From assembly GCA_964654155.1 (NCBI GenBank), contig CAZZGL010000003.1, positions 1 through 56,009 on the forward strand: DNA of 56,009 nt, read 5' to 3'. Under the pieces are notes generated by a model. It was not told the DNA's origin. It ran no database searches and saw only the letters and a program-made list of their open reading frames with translations. Made by a program: the position numbers and the translations under genes. The DNA comes from an uncultured Staphylococcaceae bacterium. GTDB lineage: Bacteria; Bacillota_I; Bacilli_A; RFN20; CAG-826. Position 1 is the first letter of the stretch; each line of letters opens with the position of its first letter. Positions 16,829 through 26,078 of the stretch are shown here, piece by piece.

Positions 16829-19462
16829 TTATTTTAACTTTTCTTTTATTTTTATGCTTTTTTTGGGAATCTTTATAAAAAATGCCACTAAAGATAACAA
16901 GATAATTTTTAGAAAAAAAGCAAAATCAAAAACCGGTTTAAATGGTAAATAAGATGATAATAAATCATTACATGAAACTAAATAAAATATACAGAACATT
17001 ACCATTACTTGTATTATCGATAATATCCATAATATTATTTTTGTAATTTGTCTAACTTCTTGATATACTTTATCCCCAAATCCTAGTTTAGACATTAAAT
17101 CGATATCTTTTTTTAATTCTTGCACATACAGATCTTGCACTATTTGTATTAGAATAATTGAAAACAATAAAAGCCATACAGAAAAGCATGTTAATCCAAT
17201 ATTTATTCCTTCCATCGTTTCATTAAATGTTTCCACTATCGTTAACGAAGGACTAGTAAATCTATAATTATTATAAAGAGATTCACATCTTTCTTTTATT
17301 TGCTTCATTTTTTCTTTTGATGAACATTTAAACATGACATTTTGTGGTTTTAAATATGATGAAGATATTTTTATTGTTTTATTTAAAAAAAAGTACATTG
17401 TTTCATAATCAATTTTAACCTCAATATTATCGCTTTCATAAACATCACTAATAAGCCATGAATCATAATAAAAACTTATAAAATCATAATATATCACTTT
17501 TAATAAATCTCCCTTTTTTAAATTCAAAGAATTCGCTAAAGGAAGACTAACTTTTATACCATCTAAGCATGGAGAAAAAGTAAATGAGTTTCTACTATTC
17601 GGCACTAAAATTGAATTAACATAAGCATTATCCAATTCTAAATAATCGCTATTAACACTCAATTGATTTTCTATTTGAAATATTTTTTCATCCGAAGACG
17701 CTATGCATAAATATCCTTCAAATCCATGAATAATATTATTATTTATTATTTTATATCCTTTTTCACTTCCATACAGAACTCCTTCAATATCTTTATTCGC
17801 CTCCAATATTTGCAATATATCAAAAGGACTAATATATTCATTATCCGTCACACTTATCATATAACGATAATACAATTCCCTTTTTTCTAATTCATCAAAC
17901 AAATATAAATAATAAAGTCGATTATTATTAAAATAATATGTTTCATCATCATAAGTATAAATAACTGTTCTTTTTCTTAAAGTCCACGGAAATTCATTAG
18001 TTTCATACCATGAAAGTGTTTCTTTTAATTTCATTCTTTCAATAAAAAAATATCGATTAAAATTTGCGTTCGTATGATAAATCATTGGTTCACTACTTTC
18101 TTTTATTGCAGTCACTAAAAAAATTTCTTCATTTTCATAATTCCAATCAACATTTTTAGCATAAAATACTATTTTAACCTTATTATTCTTTATATAATCA
18201 GCAACAATATTAAATGTAGGATTAATTATTTCTAGAGCTTTTCCAAAAGATTTTATTAAGAATGGAGTTAAGCCTAATATTAATTCATCATTTGCGAGTG
18301 AATCAATTGAAGGCGAAACTTTACTCTTATGCAAATCTATTAATGTAAAATCATTAATTGAATTTAAATCAAATGCAGAAAGCATTGGATGAGTTGATGA
18401 GGAAACAATTCGGCAATCATGAAGATCAGGAAATAAAGCATTAAAATCATTTTCATAATATGTTCCTATATCCACAACCTTTTTTTCTTTATGAAAAATA
18501 TTTTTTGCCGTTTCTAAAGATAACGAATCACGATGAATAACATAATCTTTTTTACTCTCCATCAAAAAAACTGATGGATCTGTTAGTCCGTTTAATGATT
18601 TATTAATTTCATTTCCAACACCATTTATTAATATATTACCTAGTCCGCCTACAAATATACCTAATGAAAGAAACATTGTAACTAAAAATGTTCTTAGTTT
18701 TTTATTATTCATTCTTTTTAACAAATAAGAAAATATAAATTTATACGGCCTTTTAAGTTTCAAATTATTGTTATCCATTGTAACCAATAGATTATTATCT
18801 TTTTTACTTTGCCTAATTAATTTTAATTTCCCATCTTCCATTTGATAAAGATAATCGCCATATCTATCAATTATTTGTTCTTCATGTGTCACCAAAATAA
18901 TAAGACGATCAAAAGAAAGTGATTTTAATAATGAAATCACACTTTGAATATTTTCCCTATCTAACGCTGATGTCGGTTCATCCAACAAAAGTAATTTTGG
19001 TTTAAAAAACAACGCTCTTGCAAGAGCTACTCTTTGAGCTTCTCCTCCAGATAAATACTTAACAAGAGTGCTTGGTTCTTTATTAAGTTTAACTGTTTTC
19101 AAAAGATGACTTACATGAGCTCTTCCATATTGTTTTTTTATTCCTTCTCCCATCAACAAAATATTATCTTCTATTGATAATTCACTAATTAATGGATTAT
19201 CTTGAAAAACAATTCCACATTTAATTAGTTTGTATTCTTCTTTTTTTCTTTCATTCATGTTTAAAAGATTATCATTATCAAAATAAATAGAACCAGATTC
19301 CGCGATTACATCGCCACGTATCACCTTTAAAAAAGTTGATTTTCCTGAACCGGATACTCCTTTTATTATTACTAAACCAGTCGATGGAAAAGTGACAGTA
19401 ATATTATCTAATACTGGCCGTTCTTTATTATTAAACCTTACAGTTAAGTTATTAATATTCAT
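16829..19462 (-). CDS. MacB-like fused ABC ATPase + FtsX-type permease with a ~470-aa extracytoplasmic domain
   Basis: N-terminal NBD (GVSGSGKST, LSGGEAQRVALARA, LLLDEPTSALD). TM1 lies around aa 257-280, followed by a long hydrophilic domain and three C-terminal TM helices. An FtsX-like loop (LKKDIDLMSKLGFGDKV) is present. Confidence 0.7.
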   Translation of the reverse strand: MNINNLTVRFNNKERPVLDNITVTFPSTGLVIIKGVSGSGKSTFLKVIRGDVIAESGSIYFDNDNLLNMNERKKEEYKLIKCGIVFQDNPLISELSIEDNILLMGEGIKKQYGRAHVSHLLKTVKLNKEPSTLVKYLSGGEAQRVALARALFFKPKLLLLDEPTSALDRENIQSVISLLKSLSFDRLIILVTHEEQIIDRYGDYLYQMEDGKLKLIRQSKKDNNLLVTMDNNNLKLKRPYKFIFSYLLKRMNNKKLRTFLVTMFLSLGIFVGGLGNILINGVGNEINKSLNGLTDPSVFLMESKKDYVIHRDSLSLETAKNIFHKEKKVVDIGTYYENDFNALFPDLHDCRIVSSSTHPMLSAFDLNSINDFTLIDLHKSKVSPSIDSLANDELILGLTPFLIKSFGKALEIINPTFNIVADYIKNNKVKIVFYAKNVDWNYENEEIFLVTAIKESSEPMIYHTNANFNRYFFIERMKLKETLSWYETNEFPWTLRKRTVIYTYDDETYYFNNNRLYYLYLFDELEKRELYYRYMISVTDNEYISPFDILQILEANKDIEGVLYGSEKGYKIINNNIIHGFEGYLCIASSDEKIFQIENQLSVNSDYLELDNAYVNSILVPNSRNSFTFSPCLDGIKVSLPLANSLNLKKGDLLKVIYYDFISFYYDSWLISDVYESDNIEVKIDYETMYFFLNKTIKISSSYLKPQNVMFKCSSKEKMKQIKERCESLYNNYRFTSPSLTIVETFNETMEGINIGLTCFSVWLLLFSIILIQIVQDLYVQELKKDIDLMSKLGFGDKVYQEVRQITKIILWILSIIQVMVMFCIFYLVSCNDLLSSYLPFKPVFDFAFFLKIILLSLVAFFIKIPKKSIKIKEKLK

Positions 19463-19463
19463 T

Positions 19464-20777
19464 TTATTCCTCCCTAATCAAGTAATCGATATCGTGTTTA
19501 AAGGTGTATTTAAATACAATAAATGTGATTAAAGCAAATAATATTGATATAAGAATAAGAAAAATAAAAGTTAAAAATGGAAAACTTGATATATTTAATA
19601 GATTCTCCAACCCATAATTAACATTAATTATCGGATTGATAATTACACTTACCACAATAGAAACAATAATTGTAGAAACAAGTGAAAACAATCCTAAGAT
19701 AAAAGATATTAGCATATATGCGATTGCCACTTCTTTTTTAGATGCCCCTAATGAAAAAACAATCCCAATATTTTTGGTATCCTCTATTAAATGAGTAAAT
19801 GTTAAATAAGTAATTATACTTATTAGTAGAATAAAACATAAAATACAAATAAAGAATAATAATGAATCCACTACCTCTTGTATTGAATATAAAACCTCAA
19901 ATATTTCTAAAGAAGATGATTCTAAAATATAATCATTACTAATTAATTTATTAAAAATATCCACTAATTTTTTAGCTTCATAAACATTATTTACAAACAG
20001 TTTTAAAGAATAACCTTTAACTCCACTTTCAAGTGAAGAAAATAATAAATAATCGTACCAAGTTATTACCTTGCCTTCATTAAGTGAATAATTATATAAA
20101 TAATGGTTCTGTAAGTATGTAACTGCGCTTTTATAACTATAATATACAGTTGGAGTACTCATAAAAGAAAATTCATCAATTACACCAACAACATTTAATT
20201 TCTGTTTAAATTCAAAATAATCCTCCAAATACATGTTATTAATCGCATTAATTACCGATTTACTAATATTTGTTTCTAATATTTTATACCCCATTTCTTT
20301 AAAAAAAGCCCTATTAACAATTACCTCAGAAATGGTATTATTTAAATATCTTCCTTTTATTTTCATTTCTTTATTAATAGATTCAATTGGAATAAATCTT
20401 GCTGATATTTCTTTTTCTTCACTATAAAACACAATTTGTTCTGGAAAGAAAAAAGATATATCATAATTAACTTTTAAAGATGGTATATATTTGCATAGGC
20501 TTTCTCCTTCTTTTAAAGATGGGGCTTCTGTTTTAATTATTGATAAGCCTTCATTAGAAGAAGATAAGTTTCTTGACAAAGAAAAGTTATATCCATCGCC
20601 CCTTAAATAAATTTGTGATTGGTACGATTTTTGTAAACCATTACTAATAAATGAAAGTAAAAAAATCGTTAATAAGCCTAAAACAATTGCTATATATCCT
20701 TTTATATATCTTTTCTTTTGATATTTTATTATTGAGCGAGCATATTCTTCAACAAAACTAATACTCATAAATAACAC
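19464..20777 (-). CDS. FtsX/MacB-type ABC permease (4 TM, ~260-aa extracytoplasmic domain)
   Basis: Topology is TM1, an extracytoplasmic domain, then 3 TM helices. FtsX loop motif EDTKNIGIVFSLGASKKEV. One nt separates it from the next gene. Confidence 0.7.
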   Translation of the reverse strand: MLFMSISFVEEYARSIIKYQKKRYIKGYIAIVLGLLTIFLLSFISNGLQKSYQSQIYLRGDGYNFSLSRNLSSSNEGLSIIKTEAPSLKEGESLCKYIPSLKVNYDISFFFPEQIVFYSEEKEISARFIPIESINKEMKIKGRYLNNTISEVIVNRAFFKEMGYKILETNISKSVINAINNMYLEDYFEFKQKLNVVGVIDEFSFMSTPTVYYSYKSAVTYLQNHYLYNYSLNEGKVITWYDYLLFSSLESGVKGYSLKLFVNNVYEAKKLVDIFNKLISNDYILESSSLEIFEVLYSIQEVVDSLLFFICILCFILLISIITYLTFTHLIEDTKNIGIVFSLGASKKEVAIAYMLISFILGLFSLVSTIIVSIVVSVIINPIINVNYGLENLLNISSFPFLTFIFLILISILFALITFIVFKYTFKHDIDYLIREE

Positions 20778-21426
20778 CTTCTTTCAAAAGAAGTATTTTG
20801 TCAGCATATTGTTTAGCTAATAAAAGATTATGAGTAACCATAATTACTAGTTTTTCTTTTGATATATTTTTAAATACTTTCATCATATATTGCGTATTCT
20901 CACTATCTAATGCCCCGCTAGGTTCATCAAGAAGATAAAACGAAGGATTATTAATCATTGCCCTTAAAATAGCTATTCTTTGTTTTTCTCCTCCAGATAA
21001 AGTATTGATATTTTGATTTAAAAGTTTTTCTAAACCAAATTTTGTAAATAATTTATGTGCTCTTTTTTGGGCAATAGCCTTTTTATTTCCCCTAACAATT
21101 AAAGGAAAAGCAACATTTTCTAATGGCGATAAGCTTTCTAATAATTGATAATTTTGAAAAACAAAACCTATGTAATTATTACGAAATGAAGATATACTAC
21201 GATCTTCATAATTTAATTCTTTACCCTTAAATAAATATGTTCCGCTCGTTTTTGAACATAACCCGGCAATTATTTTTAGAAGTGTTGATTTACCACATCC
21301 AGAACTTCCAACAATGACATAAAATCCATTATTTTGAAAATCAATACTTACATTTTTTAGAATACTAACTTTTTTATCACTTTTATAAAAATCTTTTTTT
21401 ATTTTTTTTAATTCAATCAATACCAT
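20758..21426 (-). CDS. ABC transporter ATP-binding protein (MacB/LolD-type NBD)
   Basis: GSSGCGKSTLLKIIAG, LSGGEKQRIAILRA, FYLLDEPSGALD, 222 aa. It overlaps the permease start. Confidence 0.85.
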   Translation of the reverse strand: MVLIELKKIKKDFYKSDKKVSILKNVSIDFQNNGFYVIVGSSGCGKSTLLKIIAGLCSKTSGTYLFKGKELNYEDRSISSFRNNYIGFVFQNYQLLESLSPLENVAFPLIVRGNKKAIAQKRAHKLFTKFGLEKLLNQNINTLSGGEKQRIAILRAMINNPSFYLLDEPSGALDSENTQYMMKVFKNISKEKLVIMVTHNLLLAKQYADKILLLKEGVIYEY

Positions 21427-21456
21427 AAAAAAAACTCCCTACTTATATATAGGGAG
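21427..21456 (-). terminator. Intrinsic terminator whose 3' arm is the Shine-Dalgarno sequence of the ABC ATPase gene
   Basis: Minus strand reads CTCCCTA-TATATAAG-TAGGGAG-TTTTTTTT-ATG. The hairpin starts 15 nt after the DUF951 stop, and the U-tract abuts the ATG at 21426. Confidence 0.65.
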
Positions 21457-21471
21457 CAAAATCAATAATTC

Positions 21472-21675
21472 CTAATTATTTTCCTCATTATTTGAAATAA
21501 CTTTTTTTATTTTTGAATTAAAATCATATCTACTCATCATGATAACAGCGCCACAAGAGCAACATTTAATTTTAATATCTGCACCAACACGAATTATTTG
21601 AAATAATTTTGATCTTTCTTTACATGGATGTGGTTTTTTCATTTCCACAATATCATTTAATTTATATTCAATCAT
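21472..21675 (-). CDS. DUF951 family small protein (YyzM-like)
   Basis: LNDIVEMKKPHPCKERSKLFQIIRVGADIKIKCCSCGAVIMMSR pattern, 67 aa. Confidence 0.6.
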   Translation of the reverse strand: MIEYKLNDIVEMKKPHPCKERSKLFQIIRVGADIKIKCCSCGAVIMMSRYDFNSKIKKVISNNEENN

Positions 21676-21678
21676 AAA

Positions 21679-23283
21679 TTATTCTTCTTCCATTTTAACC
21701 GCAGATGGTACACGAGGAAGTCCAGGCATCGTTAATATTGAGCCAGTTAACGCAACTACAAATCCCGCACCTGCAGATAATTTAACTTCTCTAATGGTAA
21801 TTTTAAATCCACGTGGAGCGCCTAAAACTTTAGGATCATCACTAAACGACTGCGGTGTTTTTGCCATACATACTGGTAATGAACCATATCCTAAAGAAAC
21901 AATATTATTAATTTGTTCCTTTGCTAAATCCGTAAATACAACCTCTTCTGCACGATATACTTCTTTACAAACAATTTCCATCTTAGTCTCTAAAGGTAAA
22001 TCTAACTGATAAAGAGGATGATAAGATGAAGTAGTTTTATTTAAAGTATCAACAACACATTTAGCAAGTTCAACAGAACCTTCTCCACCTTTTAAAAATC
22101 CATCTAAAAATCTAACTTCATATCCTTGTTGTTTGCACCATGAAGTAAGCGCAAGGACTTCTTCTTCATAATCATCAGCAAAATGATTAATAGCGACAAC
22201 AACTGGTGTACCAAATTTTTGCATATTTTCAACATGTTGTTTTAAATTACATGTTCCATTCAATAATGCTTCAACATTTAATGAGGTTAATTTATCAACT
22301 TCTTGACCTCCATGCATTTTTAACGCTCTTATTGTAGCCACTACAACAACTAAATCAGGACTTAAATTACCTAATCGGCATTTAATATCCATAAATTTTT
22401 CCGCGCCTAAATCTGCGCCAAATCCCGCTTCTGTTACTACAATAGGGGCTAATTTTAACCCTAATTTTGTCGCTATTATAGAATTACATCCATGAGCAAT
22501 ATTAGCAAAAGGACCTCCATGAACTAAGCATGGATTTCCTTCTAAAGTTTGAACTAAATTTGGTTTTAATGCCTCTTTCATCAACTTCATAATCGCTTTA
22601 GAAATTCTTAAATCTTTAACTCTAATTGGTTTCTTATCAAATGTATATGCAACAATAATATTATTAACTTTATTAATAAAATCTGTTTCATTTTCACTTA
22701 AACATAAAATCGCCATTAATTCACTAGCAACCGTGATTACAAAATGATCTTCTCTAATAACACCATTATTTTTACCTCTAGCAACTTCAATATTTCTTAA
22801 AGCACGATCATTCATATCCATCGCTCTTGACCAAACAATATTATTAGGATCAATATTTAATTCATTACCTTGAAAAATATGATTATCAATAATTGCGGAA
22901 ATTAAATTAATGGAAGAAGTTAATGCATGCATATCACCAGTAAAATGAAGATTAATATCCTCGCTAGGAATAATACGAGCTTTTCCTCCTCCAGTTGCTC
23001 CCCCTTTAATTCCAAAAACTGGACCTAAGGAAGGTTCTCTTAAAACAAGCATTGCTTTTTGACCAATTTTGGCTAAACCCTCTGCTAACGCAATAGAAGT
23101 TGTAGTTTTACCCTCACCTGCTTTAGTTGGAGTAATTGCGGTAACTAAAACTAATTTTCCATTTTCTTTATTTTTTAATTCATCCATTATTTCTAAATCA
23201 ATTTTAGCTTTATATTTTCCATATGGCTCAATAAATTTTTCATCAATACCAGCCTTCTTAGCAATAAATTCAATTCTTTCCAT
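21679..23283 (-). CDS. fhs: Formate--tetrahydrofolate ligase
   Basis: TPTKAGEGKTTTSIAL, PCLVHGGPFANIAHGCNS. The ATG at 23283 lies 5 nt after AGGTGA; the track's GTG at 23292 sits inside the SD. Confidence 0.92.
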   Translation of the reverse strand: MERIEFIAKKAGIDEKFIEPYGKYKAKIDLEIMDELKNKENGKLVLVTAITPTKAGEGKTTTSIALAEGLAKIGQKAMLVLREPSLGPVFGIKGGATGGGKARIIPSEDINLHFTGDMHALTSSINLISAIIDNHIFQGNELNIDPNNIVWSRAMDMNDRALRNIEVARGKNNGVIREDHFVITVASELMAILCLSENETDFINKVNNIIVAYTFDKKPIRVKDLRISKAIMKLMKEALKPNLVQTLEGNPCLVHGGPFANIAHGCNSIIATKLGLKLAPIVVTEAGFGADLGAEKFMDIKCRLGNLSPDLVVVVATIRALKMHGGQEVDKLTSLNVEALLNGTCNLKQHVENMQKFGTPVVVAINHFADDYEEEVLALTSWCKQQGYEVRFLDGFLKGGEGSVELAKCVVDTLNKTTSSYHPLYQLDLPLETKMEIVCKEVYRAEEVVFTDLAKEQINNIVSLGYGSLPVCMAKTPQSFSDDPKVLGAPRGFKITIREVKLSAGAGFVVALTGSILTMPGLPRVPSAVKMEEE

Positions 23284-23353
23284 TTTTATCACCTATATAT
23301 TTCCTTTCGTAATATTTAATTTATGTTTCTATAATAAATAAAAATATATTAAT

Positions 23354-24244
23354 TTAAAAATTTTTTTCTTTTAAAATAGTTTCAACATATTCATAAGCTT
23401 TACTATAATCTTCAAACCATATAACTGGTAATTGATGTCTAAAATATGTCATTTGCCTTTTAGCGTAATTTCTAGAATTTTGTTTTATTTTATTAATTGT
23501 CGATTCAATTGTTTCTTCCTTATTTAAATATGGAATCCATTCTTTATAACCGATAGCTTGAAATGCTTGTACAGAATCGGTATATTTCTTGAATAAATAT
23601 CTTACTTCTTGTTCTAATCCCATATCAACCATTTCGTCAACGCGTGAATCAATCTTACTATAAAGGGTATCTCTATCCATATCAATTCCAATGAATAATG
23701 CATCATAAATCAATTTATGTTCTTGTTTTGCTTCTTGCTCACTTTTTTTATTTCCTGTAGCATAGTAGATTGTTAACGCTCTAATTACTCTTTTTCGATT
23801 ATGAGGATGTATCTTACTAGCAGCTTCCTTATCAATTTCTAATAATTTTTGATATAATGCTTCATCATCAAAACTATCAAATATTGATGTATCAAATTCT
23901 TCATGTTCTTCAAAAGTAAAATCATATAAAGCCGCTTTTTGGTAGAGACCAGTTCCTCCAACAATAATTGGTAATTTTCCTCTTTTTAAAACATCTTCAA
24001 TAATTTTTCTTACATCGAGCTGATAACGCATAACTGAATAATTCTCTTTAGGATTAACAAAATCAAATAAATGATGTTTAACTTTGTTTCTTTCATCTAA
24101 AGTTGGCTTTGCGGTACCAATATTAAATTCTTTATAAATTTGAAGAGAATCACCATTTATAATTTCTCCATTAAATTTTAAAGCGATTTCTAATGCTAAT
24201 TTACTTTTTCCACTTGCGGTTGGTCCACAAATAACTAAAATCAT
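23354..24244 (-). CDS. miaA: tRNA dimethylallyltransferase
   Basis: ICGPTASGKSKLALEIA, GGTGLY. ATGA overlap with the mutL stop. Confidence 0.9.
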   Translation of the reverse strand: MILVICGPTASGKSKLALEIALKFNGEIINGDSLQIYKEFNIGTAKPTLDERNKVKHHLFDFVNPKENYSVMRYQLDVRKIIEDVLKRGKLPIIVGGTGLYQKAALYDFTFEEHEEFDTSIFDSFDDEALYQKLLEIDKEAASKIHPHNRKRVIRALTIYYATGNKKSEQEAKQEHKLIYDALFIGIDMDRDTLYSKIDSRVDEMVDMGLEQEVRYLFKKYTDSVQAFQAIGYKEWIPYLNKEETIESTINKIKQNSRNYAKRQMTYFRHQLPVIWFEDYSKAYEYVETILKEKNF

Positions 24245-26070
24245 ATTCCTGTCCTCTTAAATAGCTTTTCTAATTGATATTTACTAAACTCTACAATTGT
24301 TGGTCTACCATGAGGACAACACGTTGGATTATCACATTTAAAAAGAGTATCGACAACATATTGCATTTCTTTTAAATCAAGATAATCATTTGCCCTAATC
24401 GATGCTTTACAACTCATTGTCGCAATTGCATGCGTTCTTAATTTATTAACATCAATTTTATCTCCATGAAGAGCTTGTTCTAAAAGAACATCAATATATT
24501 CCTTTTCGTCTTTTTCATCTAACCAAACAGGAACTTGCACAACTTTATAGGCATTTAAACCAAATGGTTCAAAACGAAGGCCTATTGCTTCTAACAAAGC
24601 TTCTTTTTCTTTAGTAAACATAGAAACATCACTTGGAGTAAGAGTTATCACTTGAGGAATCAAAGGTTCTCTAACTCGTAGTTCACTAGCAAATAACTTT
24701 TGAAATTTTTCATATTGAATTCTTTCATAAGCAGCATGTTGATCTACAATAAGAAATCCTCCATTATCATCTTCACATATTATATAAGTACGTTGTAATT
24801 GCGCAATAGCTTTGATAAATCTTTTTTTCTTTTCTATTTTTTCATCTTCTACTAAAAAAGTTTCTTCTTTTATATCTTCCTTAACTTCTTCTTTTTCTAC
24901 TTTTTCTTCTTTAATTTCTTCTTTAAAGGTAAATATTGGTTGTAAAACAATTTCTTCCTTATAATCATCTTTTTGAGTTACTATCTCTTCTTTTTCTTTA
25001 ATATCATCAAGTATTGACAATTGTTCCGGCTTAATATCTTTAACAACAGGAATAATTTTTTTACTCAAATCCGCAGTTGCAAAAGCTTGCTTTGCTCTTA
25101 AAGCTTCTGGAATAGCTTCTAAAAGTGTTAACCTAAGCTCTTCTTCTTTTGAAAATCTAACTTCTCTTTTTGAAGGATGAACATTAACATCCACTAAAGC
25201 ACACTCAATATCTAAAGTTAAAATAACAAAAGGAAAACGACTTGGAGGTATAAAATCATGATATGCATCATTAATCGCCCCTTGAACTTTTGGCATATAA
25301 ACATTACGTCCATTAAGTAAAGTTATCATATAATAACGACTTGACTTAGCAATTTCTGGTTCGCCTAAATAGCCATTAATTACATAATCATTTTTTTCAA
25401 CTTTAAAAGGAATCATTCTTTTAGCAACTTCAAAGCCATATATTTGAGCAATAGTTTCTAATAAGTTACCTCTTCCACTAGTATGGAATTGTAATCTATC
25501 ATCTATTAAAAACTTAAAAGAAACTTCTGGATGCGCTAAAGCAATTCTTGTCATTACTTCAATGCTTGAAGCATTTTCTGTATAATCTTTTTTTAAATAT
25601 TTTAAGCGAACAGGTGTGTTATAAAACAATTCACAAACTTCAATTTGCGTTCCTTTTAAAAGAGGTGCATCGCTTATATCCATCTCTTCATTTTCTAAAA
25701 CAATTTTAGTACCAACTCCTTCACCAGTTGAAGTGGTAAGATTAATTTTACTAACAGAAGCAATTGATGGTAATGCTTCTCCTCTAAATCCTAATGTTTT
25801 TATTCTAAATAAATCAAATGAAGACGTGATTTTTGAAGTAGCATGACGTTTAAATGCCAAAAGCGCATCTTCTCTTTCCATTCCATCACCATCATCAGAA
25901 ACATAAATCGATGTTCTGCCACCATCTACTATTGAAACAGTGATTTTTTTTGCATGTGCATCAATACTATTTTCTACAAGTTCTTTAATAACGCTGCTAG
26001 GACGTTCAATAACTTCTCCAGCCGCAATCATATTAGCTAAGGTGGAATCTAAAACTTTAACTTTGCCCAT
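24241..26070 (-). CDS. mutL: DNA mismatch repair protein MutL
   Basis: IAAGEVIERPSSVIKELVENSIDA, GFRGEAL. C-terminal endonuclease region with CPHGRP. The linker is K/E-rich. Confidence 0.93.
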   Translation of the reverse strand: MGKVKVLDSTLANMIAAGEVIERPSSVIKELVENSIDAHAKKITVSIVDGGRTSIYVSDDGDGMEREDALLAFKRHATSKITSSFDLFRIKTLGFRGEALPSIASVSKINLTTSTGEGVGTKIVLENEEMDISDAPLLKGTQIEVCELFYNTPVRLKYLKKDYTENASSIEVMTRIALAHPEVSFKFLIDDRLQFHTSGRGNLLETIAQIYGFEVAKRMIPFKVEKNDYVINGYLGEPEIAKSSRYYMITLLNGRNVYMPKVQGAINDAYHDFIPPSRFPFVILTLDIECALVDVNVHPSKREVRFSKEEELRLTLLEAIPEALRAKQAFATADLSKKIIPVVKDIKPEQLSILDDIKEKEEIVTQKDDYKEEIVLQPIFTFKEEIKEEKVEKEEVKEDIKEETFLVEDEKIEKKKRFIKAIAQLQRTYIICEDDNGGFLIVDQHAAYERIQYEKFQKLFASELRVREPLIPQVITLTPSDVSMFTKEKEALLEAIGLRFEPFGLNAYKVVQVPVWLDEKDEKEYIDVLLEQALHGDKIDVNKLRTHAIATMSCKASIRANDYLDLKEMQYVVDTLFKCDNPTCCPHGRPTIVEFSKYQLEKLFKRTGI

Positions 26071-26078
26071 GATATCAC

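Noticed and set aside
23284-23353. Looked for a ZTP (pfl) riboswitch upstream of fhs, and for a LexA/Cheo box upstream of recA (35011-35056)
   Set aside because: Only about 70 nt lie upstream of fhs, with none of the conserved GGGTCGTGAC / CCGCCTGGGCA-type segments. The recA upstream region has only a weak CGAAAT...ATTAG resemblance to CGAACnnnnGTTCG.
24830-24960. Repetitive GAA/AAA-rich DNA in mutL
   Set aside because: It encodes the K/E-rich flexible linker of MutL (KEEIKEEKVEKEEVKEDIKEE). This is low-complexity coding sequence, not a distinct element.
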